This document shows positions 29,745 through 38,059 of a DNA stretch of 64,000 bases, piece by piece. The DNA lies in contig CAWCDG010000004.1 in assembly GCA_963794325.1 (NCBI GenBank), positions 352,001-416,000 on the forward strand, read 5' to 3'. Numbering within the stretch: the first letter of the stretch is position 1; each line of letters opens with the position of its first letter. The notes beneath the pieces were generated by a model. That model was not told where the DNA came from. It made no database searches and saw only the letters and a program-made list of their open reading frames with translations. The stretch is from an uncultured delta proteobacterium (GTDB lineage Bacteria; Desulfobacterota; Binatia; Binatales; Binataceae). The position numbers were made by a program, and so were the translations under genes.

Positions 29745-31457
29745 TTAGTGGTGTTCGTGGACGTATAGGCCTGGGGCTGGTTCTCCTGCTTTGTGCAGGT
29801 CGCTGCCTAGTGTTTTTGGCGCGGGGCGTTCGTTGCCCGAGCGGGCGGCGACCCACTTGATCCAGTGATCCCACCAAGTGCCCTTGTACTCCGTTGCGCC
29901 TTTGGACCATTCGTCGGGATCTTCGGGGAGGCGCGTGCCGATGTAGTAGCGGGCTTTGAAGTTGCCCGGCGGATTCACCAGGCTCTGGATGTGGCCGCTC
30001 GAGCCGAGCACGAATTCGATTCGTCCGCCGAACATCCGGGTCGCGCGATAGCATGCCCGCCATGCGCAGATGTGATCGGTCATGCCGGCTACGAGGTACA
30101 GATCATTTTTCACCGCGTGCAGATCGATCGGAGTATCGAGCACTGCGATCTGGCCGCCGTGGGTCAGCGGATTTCTCAGGAACAGATCCAGAAAGCCTTC
30201 ATGCAGTTTGGCCGGGAGGTTGGTCGAGTCGGCATTCCAATAGAGGATGTCGAACGGCGCGGGATCGTTGCCGAGCAGATAATTATTGACCCAATAGTTC
30301 CATACCAGATCGTTGGGACGCAGCCAGGCGAAGATGCGCGCCATGTCGCCGCCGTCGAGCACGCCTTTTTCAGCAGAGCGATCGCGCGCGGCGTTGATCG
30401 CATCCTCGGTCGCGAACATCCCGGTCATCGAGGGCAGGCTGGTGTCGAGCATCGTCACCAGCAGCGTCACCGCGTTCACGCGCTTGTCGCCTGACGCCGC
30501 GAGATGACCGAGCATCAGCGACGTCGTGATGCCGCCGGCGCATACGCCGAGCACGTTGCAATCGGGACTGCCAGTGATCTCGCACGCGGCCGCGATGGCG
30601 TCCTTGCACGCGGTAACGTATTCGTCGAGGCCCCAGTCGCGGTCGCGCGGGGTCGGATTGCGCCAGCTAATCGTGAACATCGGGATGCCGTGCTTGACCG
30701 CGTACTCGACGAAGCTGCGGCCCGGCGCGAGATCCATGATGTAGAACTTGTTGATCTGCGGCGGGATGAAGAGCAGCGGGCGATCGTAAACCTTGTCGGT
30801 CGCGGGCGCGTACTGGATCACCTCGCAGAGCGGATTTCGGAACACGACGGCGCCCTTCGAGAGCGCGAGATTCTTGCCGACTTCAAACGGCCGCTTGTCC
30901 ACCGTCGAGGGCATCCCGCCGTTGTTCCACAAATCGCCGGCAAAGTTGCGCAGTCCCCACAGCACGCTCATCCCCATCGTGTCGAAGGCGCGTTTGAGCG
31001 CGGCCGGATTGAGCAGGAACGAGTTGGTGGGCGCGAGCGCCTCGGTCATCAGGGTGAGCGCGAACTTCTGCTGCTCGACGTCCTTCCACTCGACGCTTTC
31101 ATCGTCGTTGACCAGGTCATGCATCGCGGCGCGCCACGCGAGGTAGGCCTGCATCAGGCGATGGTAGGCTGGATGCTGCGTCCATGCGGGATCGCCGAAG
31201 CGCTTGTCGCCCGCTTCAGGAGCGACTGAGGAGACACCCCCGATTATCTGGCCGAGCTCGAGCGTCAACTGGAGCGCGCGCGAGGCGACGGTCATAGGTT
31301 GCGACGCGATATGGGTCAGCAGCGTCGTCAGCGTGCCGAGCACCTGCGTGGCGTCGAGGCCGACGAACGGATTGGCGCCGAGGAGCGCATTCAGCGCCGG
31401 ATGGTTTTCCTCGGGAGTCTGGATTTCAGGCTGTCGCTTGGCTGCTGATCCGTCCAT
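29745..31457 (-). CDS. phaC: Polyhydroxyalkanoate synthase (class II-like)
   Basis: PPQINKFYIMDL, lipase-like box GVCAGG, LRPNDLVWNYWV, SGHI. Confidence 0.93.
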   Translation of the reverse strand: MDGSAAKRQPEIQTPEENHPALNALLGANPFVGLDATQVLGTLTTLLTHIASQPMTVASRALQLTLELGQIIGGVSSVAPEAGDKRFGDPAWTQHPAYHRLMQAYLAWRAAMHDLVNDDESVEWKDVEQQKFALTLMTEALAPTNSFLLNPAALKRAFDTMGMSVLWGLRNFAGDLWNNGGMPSTVDKRPFEVGKNLALSKGAVVFRNPLCEVIQYAPATDKVYDRPLLFIPPQINKFYIMDLAPGRSFVEYAVKHGIPMFTISWRNPTPRDRDWGLDEYVTACKDAIAAACEITGSPDCNVLGVCAGGITTSLMLGHLAASGDKRVNAVTLLVTMLDTSLPSMTGMFATEDAINAARDRSAEKGVLDGGDMARIFAWLRPNDLVWNYWVNNYLLGNDPAPFDILYWNADSTNLPAKLHEGFLDLFLRNPLTHGGQIAVLDTPIDLHAVKNDLYLVAGMTDHICAWRACYRATRMFGGRIEFVLGSSGHIQSLVNPPGNFKARYYIGTRLPEDPDEWSKGATEYKGTWWDHWIKWVAARSGNERPAPKTLGSDLHKAGEPAPGLYVHEHH

Positions 31458-31572
31458 GTCGCCACCTCCTGACGCCGATCACTAATGGCAGACCGCGATT
31501 CCAGCACAAAGCGGGGCTGACGCCAAATGGAAGGAGGGTCGAGGAAAGGAGCATCGCGAATGATGCTCGGCG

Positions 31573-31620
31573 ACCTAACCCCTAACCCCTTCCCATAGTG
31601 GGAAGGGGAACCGGATTGGA
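31573..31620 (+). repeat. Family B repeat
   Basis: Nearly identical to 29660-29706. Confidence 0.85.
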
Positions 31621-31623
31621 ATG

Positions 31624-32631
31624 TTAGGCGAGAAGTTCGAGGCCGTGGTCGAACATTCGCGGGGCGGACAGGGCGGTCTCTTCCCAGAGCGGGTCGGGAC
31701 GCTTGCCGCGGCGATGGAGCATCAGGTTGAAGCAGGTGATCACGCCGAAGCGGTAGCCTGCGAATGCGCGGAACCATCGCACCTCGGGGATCGAGACCGG
31801 GAAGCCGGCGGCGTCGGCGTACGAATCGACGATTTCGTCGGCGTTCAGCAACGATCCTCGCACATCCGGGCCGACCCAGCTTCCAGGGTCTGAAAAAAAG
31901 CAGATCCAGCCGAGGTCGAGCAGGGTTGCGCCGACCAGCGAGATTTCCCAATCGATCAGCGCGACTACGCGTTCCTCGTTGAACAGCACGTTCGACCATT
32001 GGAAGTCGCCGTGGACGCATCCGATGCGCGCGCCCGCCGGCAGGCTCGAGCGCAGTCGCTCGCGAAGTTCGGGTGCGCGTGCGACGACGGCGGGATCAAG
32101 CGTCGGGCGATCGAGCAGATAGTCGAGGCGCTTCAGCTCCTCGCTGAGCGCGAAGGGCTCGCCCCATGCGTCGCGGCGCGGTTCCCACGGCATGTTGTGC
32201 AGCGCGGCCATCGTGGCGATTCCCTTGCGCGCCAACTGTTTCAAGTGCGCGAGAGGCAGCGGCGATTCTCCGAGCTTGAATCCCTCGACGAAGCCGCCGA
32301 CGAAGTACGGACGGTCGAAGAACTCGGGCTCGTCGCCGTACCAGATGATCGGCGGGACGGCGACCGGAGTGTCCGCCAACGACGCCATCACGCGCGCCTG
32401 CCGCATGATGTCGGCGGGGCCTGAGATTTTCACGCCGGGCGGCGCGATGCGCACGACATATTTTCCCGCAGGCGTCGCAGTCGGCTCGCTGCGATCGAGG
32501 AAAAAGCTGTAGCTGAAGCCGGCGTGGCCCGGCAGCGACTCGAGCGAATGCGCACGAGCGCCGGGGTCGCCGGTCTTCGCGCGCACCAGTGCGGTCAGTT
32601 GCGCGGTTACCTGTTCGATATCACCGGGCAT
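31624..32631 (-). CDS. APH-like phosphotransferase family protein
   Basis: HGDFQWSN and IDWE motifs. Confidence 0.88.
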   Translation of the reverse strand: MPGDIEQVTAQLTALVRAKTGDPGARAHSLESLPGHAGFSYSFFLDRSEPTATPAGKYVVRIAPPGVKISGPADIMRQARVMASLADTPVAVPPIIWYGDEPEFFDRPYFVGGFVEGFKLGESPLPLAHLKQLARKGIATMAALHNMPWEPRRDAWGEPFALSEELKRLDYLLDRPTLDPAVVARAPELRERLRSSLPAGARIGCVHGDFQWSNVLFNEERVVALIDWEISLVGATLLDLGWICFFSDPGSWVGPDVRGSLLNADEIVDSYADAAGFPVSIPEVRWFRAFAGYRFGVITCFNLMLHRRGKRPDPLWEETALSAPRMFDHGLELLA

Positions 32632-32648
32632 CGCGACGCCGTCTCGCG

Positions 32649-33299
32649 CTAACCCTTCATTCCGACTTGCGCCGACGCCGGATGCAGGCTCGCCTTAGCG
32701 CTGGGGCGCGAATCGACGCGCTTGAACCACGCGTTCACGTTCTTCAGCGACGGATCGATCGACTGTTTGACGCTCGCGCCGAAATCGAGCGCGCAATATA
32801 GAATGATGTCGGCGACGGTGAAGCGATCGCCCGCGATGTAATCCTTGCCTTCGAGCAGCTTATCGAGCCACTTGAGCTTGTCCTGCACGATCGACTTCAT
32901 CCCCGGCGCCGCCTCGGGCAGGATGCGCATCCGATCCTTGAAGAGCTGCGCGCCCTCGGAGTAGCGGAAGGCATTGTAGAGAATCTCGGTGATCTGCAGC
33001 TCGACGCGGCGCTGCCATTGGCGGGTCTCGGCGCGTTCCTCGGCGGTCGTGCCGATCAGCGCGGGCGTCGGATGTTTCTCTTCGAGATACTCCCAAATCG
33101 CGACGGTCTCGCCGATACATTTGCCGTTGTCGAGCTCGAGCGCCGGAATTTGCCCGCCAGGATTGCGATCGGTGTAAGGGGCCTTGCGATTTTCCGCTCC
33201 CAACAGATCGACCGTCTTGGTCGGGATGCTAATTCCCTTCTCCAGAAGGAACATTCGCGTCGCCCGCGGATTGGGTCCGAGTGAATCGTAGAGCTGCAT
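32649..33299 (-). CDS. Glutathione S-transferase family protein
   Basis: NPGGQIPALE, ETVAI.EYLEE, FTVADI. Confidence 0.92.
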   Translation of the reverse strand: MQLYDSLGPNPRATRMFLLEKGISIPTKTVDLLGAENRKAPYTDRNPGGQIPALELDNGKCIGETVAIWEYLEEKHPTPALIGTTAEERAETRQWQRRVELQITEILYNAFRYSEGAQLFKDRMRILPEAAPGMKSIVQDKLKWLDKLLEGKDYIAGDRFTVADIILYCALDFGASVKQSIDPSLKNVNAWFKRVDSRPSAKASLHPASAQVGMKG

Positions 33300-33417
33300 A
33301 GTGGTAACCTCGCAAAGTTAGACTTCGCGGCGAATATACAACAGGCGCCGCGCAGGCGGGAACCTGAAATCCGGGGCGTGTTGCGCTGGAACGAAGCGGT
33401 CATGTAGGAATTTGCTG

Positions 33418-34812
33418 ATGCGATTTTGTCCTCAATGCGGCGCGCCGCTTCTGGCTGGAGCGAAATTCTGCGTGGAATGCGGCCGCGCGCTCGATGCCCC
33501 GGCTTCGGGCGCGGGAGAATCGGGCAGCGCCAGGCGCAGCGTCGCCCCCGGACGCAATACGATTACGACGGGCTTCGTGTTTGTGTTCGTCGCGTTGGCG
33601 GTCTTCGGTCTGGCGGCGGCGGGATGGATTTATGTGAAGACGCCGGAAGTAGTGCGCGAACAAATCGCCAGTGCACCGCCGGCCGCCCCGGTCGGCGCTC
33701 CCGAATCGAGTCCTGGAGCCGCGCCGCCTGCACCGGATCAGAGTGTCACCGCAAATCCCGCCGCGGGAGGAACTCAGAACGGTGGTCTGCCGCCCGGGCA
33801 TCCAACGGTCGAGCTGCCGACGGAGGCTCGCAGCTTTATCGACAAGATCGAACGTGACGCGAACGCTAAGCCTAAGGATGTCGTGGCGTGGAACAAATAC
33901 GGTACGGTGGCGATGCGCGCGGCGATGTTCGATCAGACTTATTACGGCAAGGCCGAGGACGCTTACGGGCACGTGCTGAAGTTGGACCCGGATAACCTCG
34001 ATGCGCTGCGCGGTATCGGCGATATCGATTACGACAAGCAGCAATATGATCAAGCGACCGCCGCCTACGAACACTACCTGAAGAAGAAACCGGACGATCC
34101 GGAGGTCCGCACCGACCTCGGCACGATGTACCTGTACACGGGCAACGCCGACCAGGCGGTCGTGCAGTATAAAAAGGCGATCGCCGAGAAGCCGGGATTT
34201 TTCCAGGCGTACTACAATATGGGAGTCGCGCTGGCGCAGCAGAACAAGCCCGACGACGCAGCGGCCTCGCTCAAGCAGGCGCTCGCGCTCGCGCCCGACG
34301 ACAATGCGCGCACCCAGGTGAAAGAGCTGATCGCGAAACTTAGCGGCGCACCGGCCGCCAGCGCGTCGATGCAGGCGGCGTCGGGCGCGCCCCCGAAAGT
34401 GTCGAAGGGTTCTGCCCAGCCGGCCGTATCCACGGCCGCAAAGAATACTGCGGCGGCCTCGCCCGCAGCGTCGGCCGCGGTGGCAGCTAAAGAGCCGGCG
34501 TCGGCGTCATCGACGGCCGTATCGACCTCGAGCGAAGACGATTTTCATGACGCGGTCGAAACGATGATGCGAGGCCTGCCGATCGCGGGGCCGAAGGTCA
34601 CGACCGTCGAGTGGCCCGACAAGCTCAAGGCCAAAGTCTTTATGGACAGCTTCCCGATGGATCAAATGCCGCCGTTCGCGAAGGCCAAGTTCCTGACCGA
34701 CCTGAAAGCGGGAATCGACAACGCAAAGAAGGACAACAACATTTCATCGCCAGTCGAAGTCAATATCGTTGATGGCGCGAGCGGCCACGTGATGGAAACC
34801 GTTACCGAGTAG
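33418..34812 (+). CDS. Zinc-ribbon, TM and TPR-repeat protein
   Basis: CPQCG...CVECG, one TM helix, TPR repeats. Confidence 0.85.
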   Translation: MRFCPQCGAPLLAGAKFCVECGRALDAPASGAGESGSARRSVAPGRNTITTGFVFVFVALAVFGLAAAGWIYVKTPEVVREQIASAPPAAPVGAPESSPGAAPPAPDQSVTANPAAGGTQNGGLPPGHPTVELPTEARSFIDKIERDANAKPKDVVAWNKYGTVAMRAAMFDQTYYGKAEDAYGHVLKLDPDNLDALRGIGDIDYDKQQYDQATAAYEHYLKKKPDDPEVRTDLGTMYLYTGNADQAVVQYKKAIAEKPGFFQAYYNMGVALAQQNKPDDAAASLKQALALAPDDNARTQVKELIAKLSGAPAASASMQAASGAPPKVSKGSAQPAVSTAAKNTAAASPAASAAVAAKEPASASSTAVSTSSEDDFHDAVETMMRGLPIAGPKVTTVEWPDKLKAKVFMDSFPMDQMPPFAKAKFLTDLKAGIDNAKKDNNISSPVEVNIVDGASGHVMETVTE

Positions 34813-34844
34813 CCGACTCGCGAATAGCTATCGCGTCGAGGTGC

Positions 34845-35252
34845 ATGACGATGGCATCCAAATCCTTCGAACGGCTGCGCAAGGCCGGCGACCGGCAGAC
34901 GCTCAAGCTGACGCACTATGGACGCAAGAGCGGCCGCCCCTATGACGTGACTATCTGGTACCTGGTCGACAACGAGAGCGACCGGCTGTACCTGGTCTCG
35001 GCGAATGCGAATCGCAACTGGGTGCGCAACGTGAAAGCGCGACCGGCAATCTCTCTGCGAGTCGGGGAGCAGGTCTTCAACGGTGACGTGCGCGCAATCA
35101 CCGACAAACAGGAACGCGACAAGGTGAGCCGGCTGACCGAGCGCAAATACTGGTACGTCGCACCGATGCTGCGGTTCGGACAATTTTTAATGTCGATGGG
35201 AATGGTGCGCGACAACACCGCGGCGTTCGAAGTGATCCTCGCGGAGGAGTAG
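34845..35252 (+). CDS. Deazaflavin-dependent nitroreductase (DDN) family protein
   Basis: LTHYGRKSG and NWVRNVKA.P motifs. Confidence 0.75.
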   Translation: MTMASKSFERLRKAGDRQTLKLTHYGRKSGRPYDVTIWYLVDNESDRLYLVSANANRNWVRNVKARPAISLRVGEQVFNGDVRAITDKQERDKVSRLTERKYWYVAPMLRFGQFLMSMGMVRDNTAAFEVILAEE

Positions 35253-35723
35253 CTACACCGGCTCGCCGGCTTCGGCGACGCGCTTGAGGCTCTCGACCCA
35301 GTTCTGATGCCCGCGCTCGAGCATCGGACGCAAATACCACCAGGCGATTTTCGGTACGAGTCCGTTCTGACATTCTTCGGTAACTACCCGGCATCCACCA
35401 CGCCCGTCGGGTTCGATCAACCATCCGTGGTAGGCGCGCAACACGCCACGCGCGTCCCATCCAAGTTCGTGCGCCGGTTCGAAAGTAATCACGCGGCTGG
35501 TGACGGCGGTGCGAAAGGTCTTCCACTTGAATTCAGTGTCAGGCGCAAGGTCAGGTGGATTGCCGCGAAGAAAAGTTACGTTGGCGCTGTTGCTGTACCA
35601 CTCAGGCCACTTAGCCGCGCGAATAAGCCATCGCCAGACGCGCTCAGGCGGCGCGTCGATCGCAATCTCATTGCGCGCGTACACAGATGAGTTGTCAGGT
35701 TCGAATCCCGCCGGCCATTTCAT
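35253..35723 (-). CDS. SRPBCC (polyketide cyclase/START) domain protein
   Basis: IDAPPERVW..L...KWPEW. Confidence 0.85.
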   Translation of the reverse strand: MKWPAGFEPDNSSVYARNEIAIDAPPERVWRWLIRAAKWPEWYSNSANVTFLRGNPPDLAPDTEFKWKTFRTAVTSRVITFEPAHELGWDARGVLRAYHGWLIEPDGRGGCRVVTEECQNGLVPKIAWWYLRPMLERGHQNWVESLKRVAEAGEPV

Positions 35724-35801
35724 CGCGATGGTCGATCCTTCCCGGGTTGTGCGCTCGCCTGCAATGGATATCGCGTCTATCAACTGTCAAGCAATCGCGA
35801 T

Positions 35802-35905
35802 CAAAAAAGAAAGGCACGCGCTGCTTAACCGTGAGGGCATCTGGCCGCGCGTGCCTTCGGCTCTCTCGGGGGAGAAAGGAGCCGACCATCTCTGTTTAGT
35901 AACTC
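35802..35905 (-). ncRNA. Candidate small RNA with two hairpins and a terminator
   Basis: TCGGCTC/GAGCCGA stem with C/U-rich loop, then AAGGCACGCGC/GCGCGTGCCTT stem and U tract. Confidence 0.4.
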
Positions 35906-36018
35906 TGCGCGATTAACGCTACTCGCGGCACGTTACGCGAGGAACGCTTCTGAACGTTCGTTCCGTTAACCGCAATTGAGGCGCGTTGCAGGCGAAATGA
36001 ATCTTGAACCTCGCCGGA

Positions 36019-36552
36019 CTACGCCAGCGCCTCAAGGAGCGCGCCCGGTGATGCGTTGTCGCCGAAGGTCGCGCTCACATGAGCGTAGAGATCGACGTTG
36101 CCGGGACCGAAAACGAAACTGCCGCCGAGCTGAAAGGGATTCGCGCCCAAGCGATGCTGTCGATGGCCGGCGGCCGTGGCGCGCGTCCTGGCTTTCGCAT
36201 TGTCACTGCGAAGCAGGTGCAGAAGATTCGCCGCTTTGAGGCCGGCCGCACGATACGCGAGCCGCTGCGCATCTACCAGGAGCGGAAATGTGATTCCAGT
36301 CTCCTCGCGAAAGAGGCGAGCGTAACGAAGATCGCCAAGACCGATTGCGGCAAGATTGACGCCCTTGGCGCGGAATTCATTTTCATGGTCGCGCAACTGC
36401 GCAACATGCTCGCGGCAGAAGATTCAACCGTAGTGGCGGAGGAAGACGATAGCGGCGGGGCTGCGTTCCCATAAAGAGCCGAGCCGGACTTCGCGATCAT
36501 CTGTATCGGGCAGGGTAATTCCGGAGAGCGCAAGACTGAGCGAGTCGGACAT
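36019..36552 (-). CDS. Selenocysteine-containing AhpC/TSA-like (SelL/PRXL2-like) redoxin, 177 aa
   Basis: In-frame read VFLRHYG-TGA-IFCREH (UxxC); TGA at 36424-36426; C-terminal QLGGSFV. Confidence 0.88.
36385..36407 (-). promoter_or_regulatory. Bacterial SECIS-like hairpin
   Basis: AUG-UUGCGC-AGUU-GCGCGA-C-CAU, apical loop 25 nt after UGA with G at loop position 2. Confidence 0.65.
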
Positions 36553-36611
36553 CGTCGGAACCTAACACGATCAGGCGAGAATCGGCAAAAGAAGCGTCCG
36601 CGGCGTTTTGT

Positions 36612-36640
36612 TTATCCACAGATCGGCGGGTTTTTCCACA
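36612..36640 (+). promoter_or_regulatory. Two tandem DnaA boxes
   Basis: TTATCCACA (36612) and TTTTCCACA (36632) match TTWTNCACA. Confidence 0.55.
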
Positions 36641-36895
36641 ATGAGGGTCTCGCGGAACTTCACGCTCGAAGATCGCCGCACTATTATCGCCGCTCAAATG
36701 ACGAAGCGGGAAGCGAAACGACGTCTTGAAAACCTCGCGCTCGAAACCGGGCACAAGAGGAATTACTACGTCAAGCGGGCGCTGGTCGAATTTCTGGATC
36801 GCAACGAACATCTCTTCGGCCAGCGGCCGACGCGATCGGTGGGATTCTCGACGCTCGACGAGATCCCATACCGCGCGAACCGATTCTTGCTCTGA
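36641..36895 (+). CDS. Small ribbon-helix-helix-like protein
   Basis: RLENLALETGHKRNYYVKRALVEFL resembles CopG/RHH helices. Confidence 0.55.
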   Translation: MRVSRNFTLEDRRTIIAAQMTKREAKRRLENLALETGHKRNYYVKRALVEFLDRNEHLFGQRPTRSVGFSTLDEIPYRANRFLL

Positions 36896-36898
36896 TTG

Positions 36899-37532
36899 CT
36901 CTCTCGTAGCGATCTTTCTGGATCCCTCGCCCGTTACTTCACGGGAGAGGTTAGGTGAGGGTCCCGGGCGCCATCGTGATGCTCGACAAATCGCGTTGCG
37001 CTGAGCATCCGACTGATCTCTTGAGCAAGGCGGGTGACAATCAGTTCCGCAAGTGAGACTATTTGTCAATGCCGGACCTCACACCGCCGCGAGTGATCGC
37101 GAAGCAACCGCTGGCTCGCTCCCGCGCACTCCGTCGCAATTCCACTGACGCCGAGAAACGCCTGTGGGCGATCCTCCGAAACCGAAATCTCGACCGCTGG
37201 AAATTCCGTCGGCAGGTGGCAATCGATTCATTCATCGTCGATTTCTGCTGCATCGAAGCGCGGCTAATTGTTGAGCTCGATGGAGGACAGCACGCAGACA
37301 AACGCAAGCGTTACGACGATGCACGAACACGGGAGCTCAAAGCCCTCGGTTTCAGAGTGCTTAGATTTTGGAATGGAGAAGTGTTGCAGGAGACTGAAGG
37401 CGTCGTTGAAGAGATCAGTCGGATGCTCAGCGCAACGAGAAATGTCGAGCATCACGATGGCAACCGGAACCCTCACCTAACCTCTCCCGTGAAGTAACGG
37501 GCGAGGGACCAGAAAGAATCGCAACGAGAGAG
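36899..37532. mobile_element. Putative minimal element: DUF559 gene between ~124 bp inverted repeats
   Basis: 36899-37022 is the reverse complement of 37409-37532 with 9 differences by manual alignment. Confidence 0.7.
37069..37497 (+). CDS. DUF559 (Vsr-like) endonuclease domain protein
   Basis: LRRNSTDAEKRLW, KFRRQ, IVDF, IVELDGGQH, GFRVLRFWN. Confidence 0.92.
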   Translation: MPDLTPPRVIAKQPLARSRALRRNSTDAEKRLWAILRNRNLDRWKFRRQVAIDSFIVDFCCIEARLIVELDGGQHADKRKRYDDARTRELKALGFRVLRFWNGEVLQETEGVVEEISRMLSATRNVEHHDGNRNPHLTSPVK

Positions 37533-37569
37533 TAAAAAAATTCGGGGGCTGGGATTGCTCCCAGCCCCC
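37533..37569 (-). terminator. Intrinsic terminator
   Basis: GGGGGCTGGGA-GCAA-TCCCAGCCCCC followed by a U tract on the minus strand. Confidence 0.85.
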
Positions 37570-37900
37570 TGCCGTCACCACATCCGCCGCCCCACCACAT
37601 CCTGTTAAGGGCGCGAGTCTTGTCGCGCCTTTCTAGTAAGTGGGTCCCGGAGAAATCGTCATCCCCATTTTCTCCGAGAGCTGGCTGAAACTTTTTCGCC
37701 GCGCCCTCCATACCGCACCCTCTCCGCATCGGCCTCATCGCCAGTCTCTCGAAAACCTCCCTCCACAATTCCCCGGGACCCTTGAGTCTCCTTCTTCAGT
37801 TCAGTCCCGCACGCCTCTCGAAAAGTTCCGCGTCGGGACAGTTCGCGTTTCTCCAGCGTGAGAGCAAGCGCTTCGATTCCGCTGCTTCGCTTCTTCTTTA
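37533..37900 (-). ncRNA. Candidate ~350 nt structured RNA downstream of nrdJ
   Basis: Nested complementary stems, purine/GGA-rich loops, no credible ORF, own terminator. Confidence 0.5.
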
Positions 37901-38059
37901 GTCGCGAACGAAACGCTCTACGCGAAGATCAAATTGCACTGCTGAGAAAGAAACGTCGAGTCCGTCAAGATAGTTGAGCATGATACACTGAGCGATCCAG
38001 TCGCCAGTCCTTCCAGTCGATAGCATGCATGCCACAAACTCGATTTCCATCGCACCCTC

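Noticed and set aside
37427-37768. 113 aa minus-strand ORF
   Set aside because: Runs through a terminator and the inverted repeat; not protein-like
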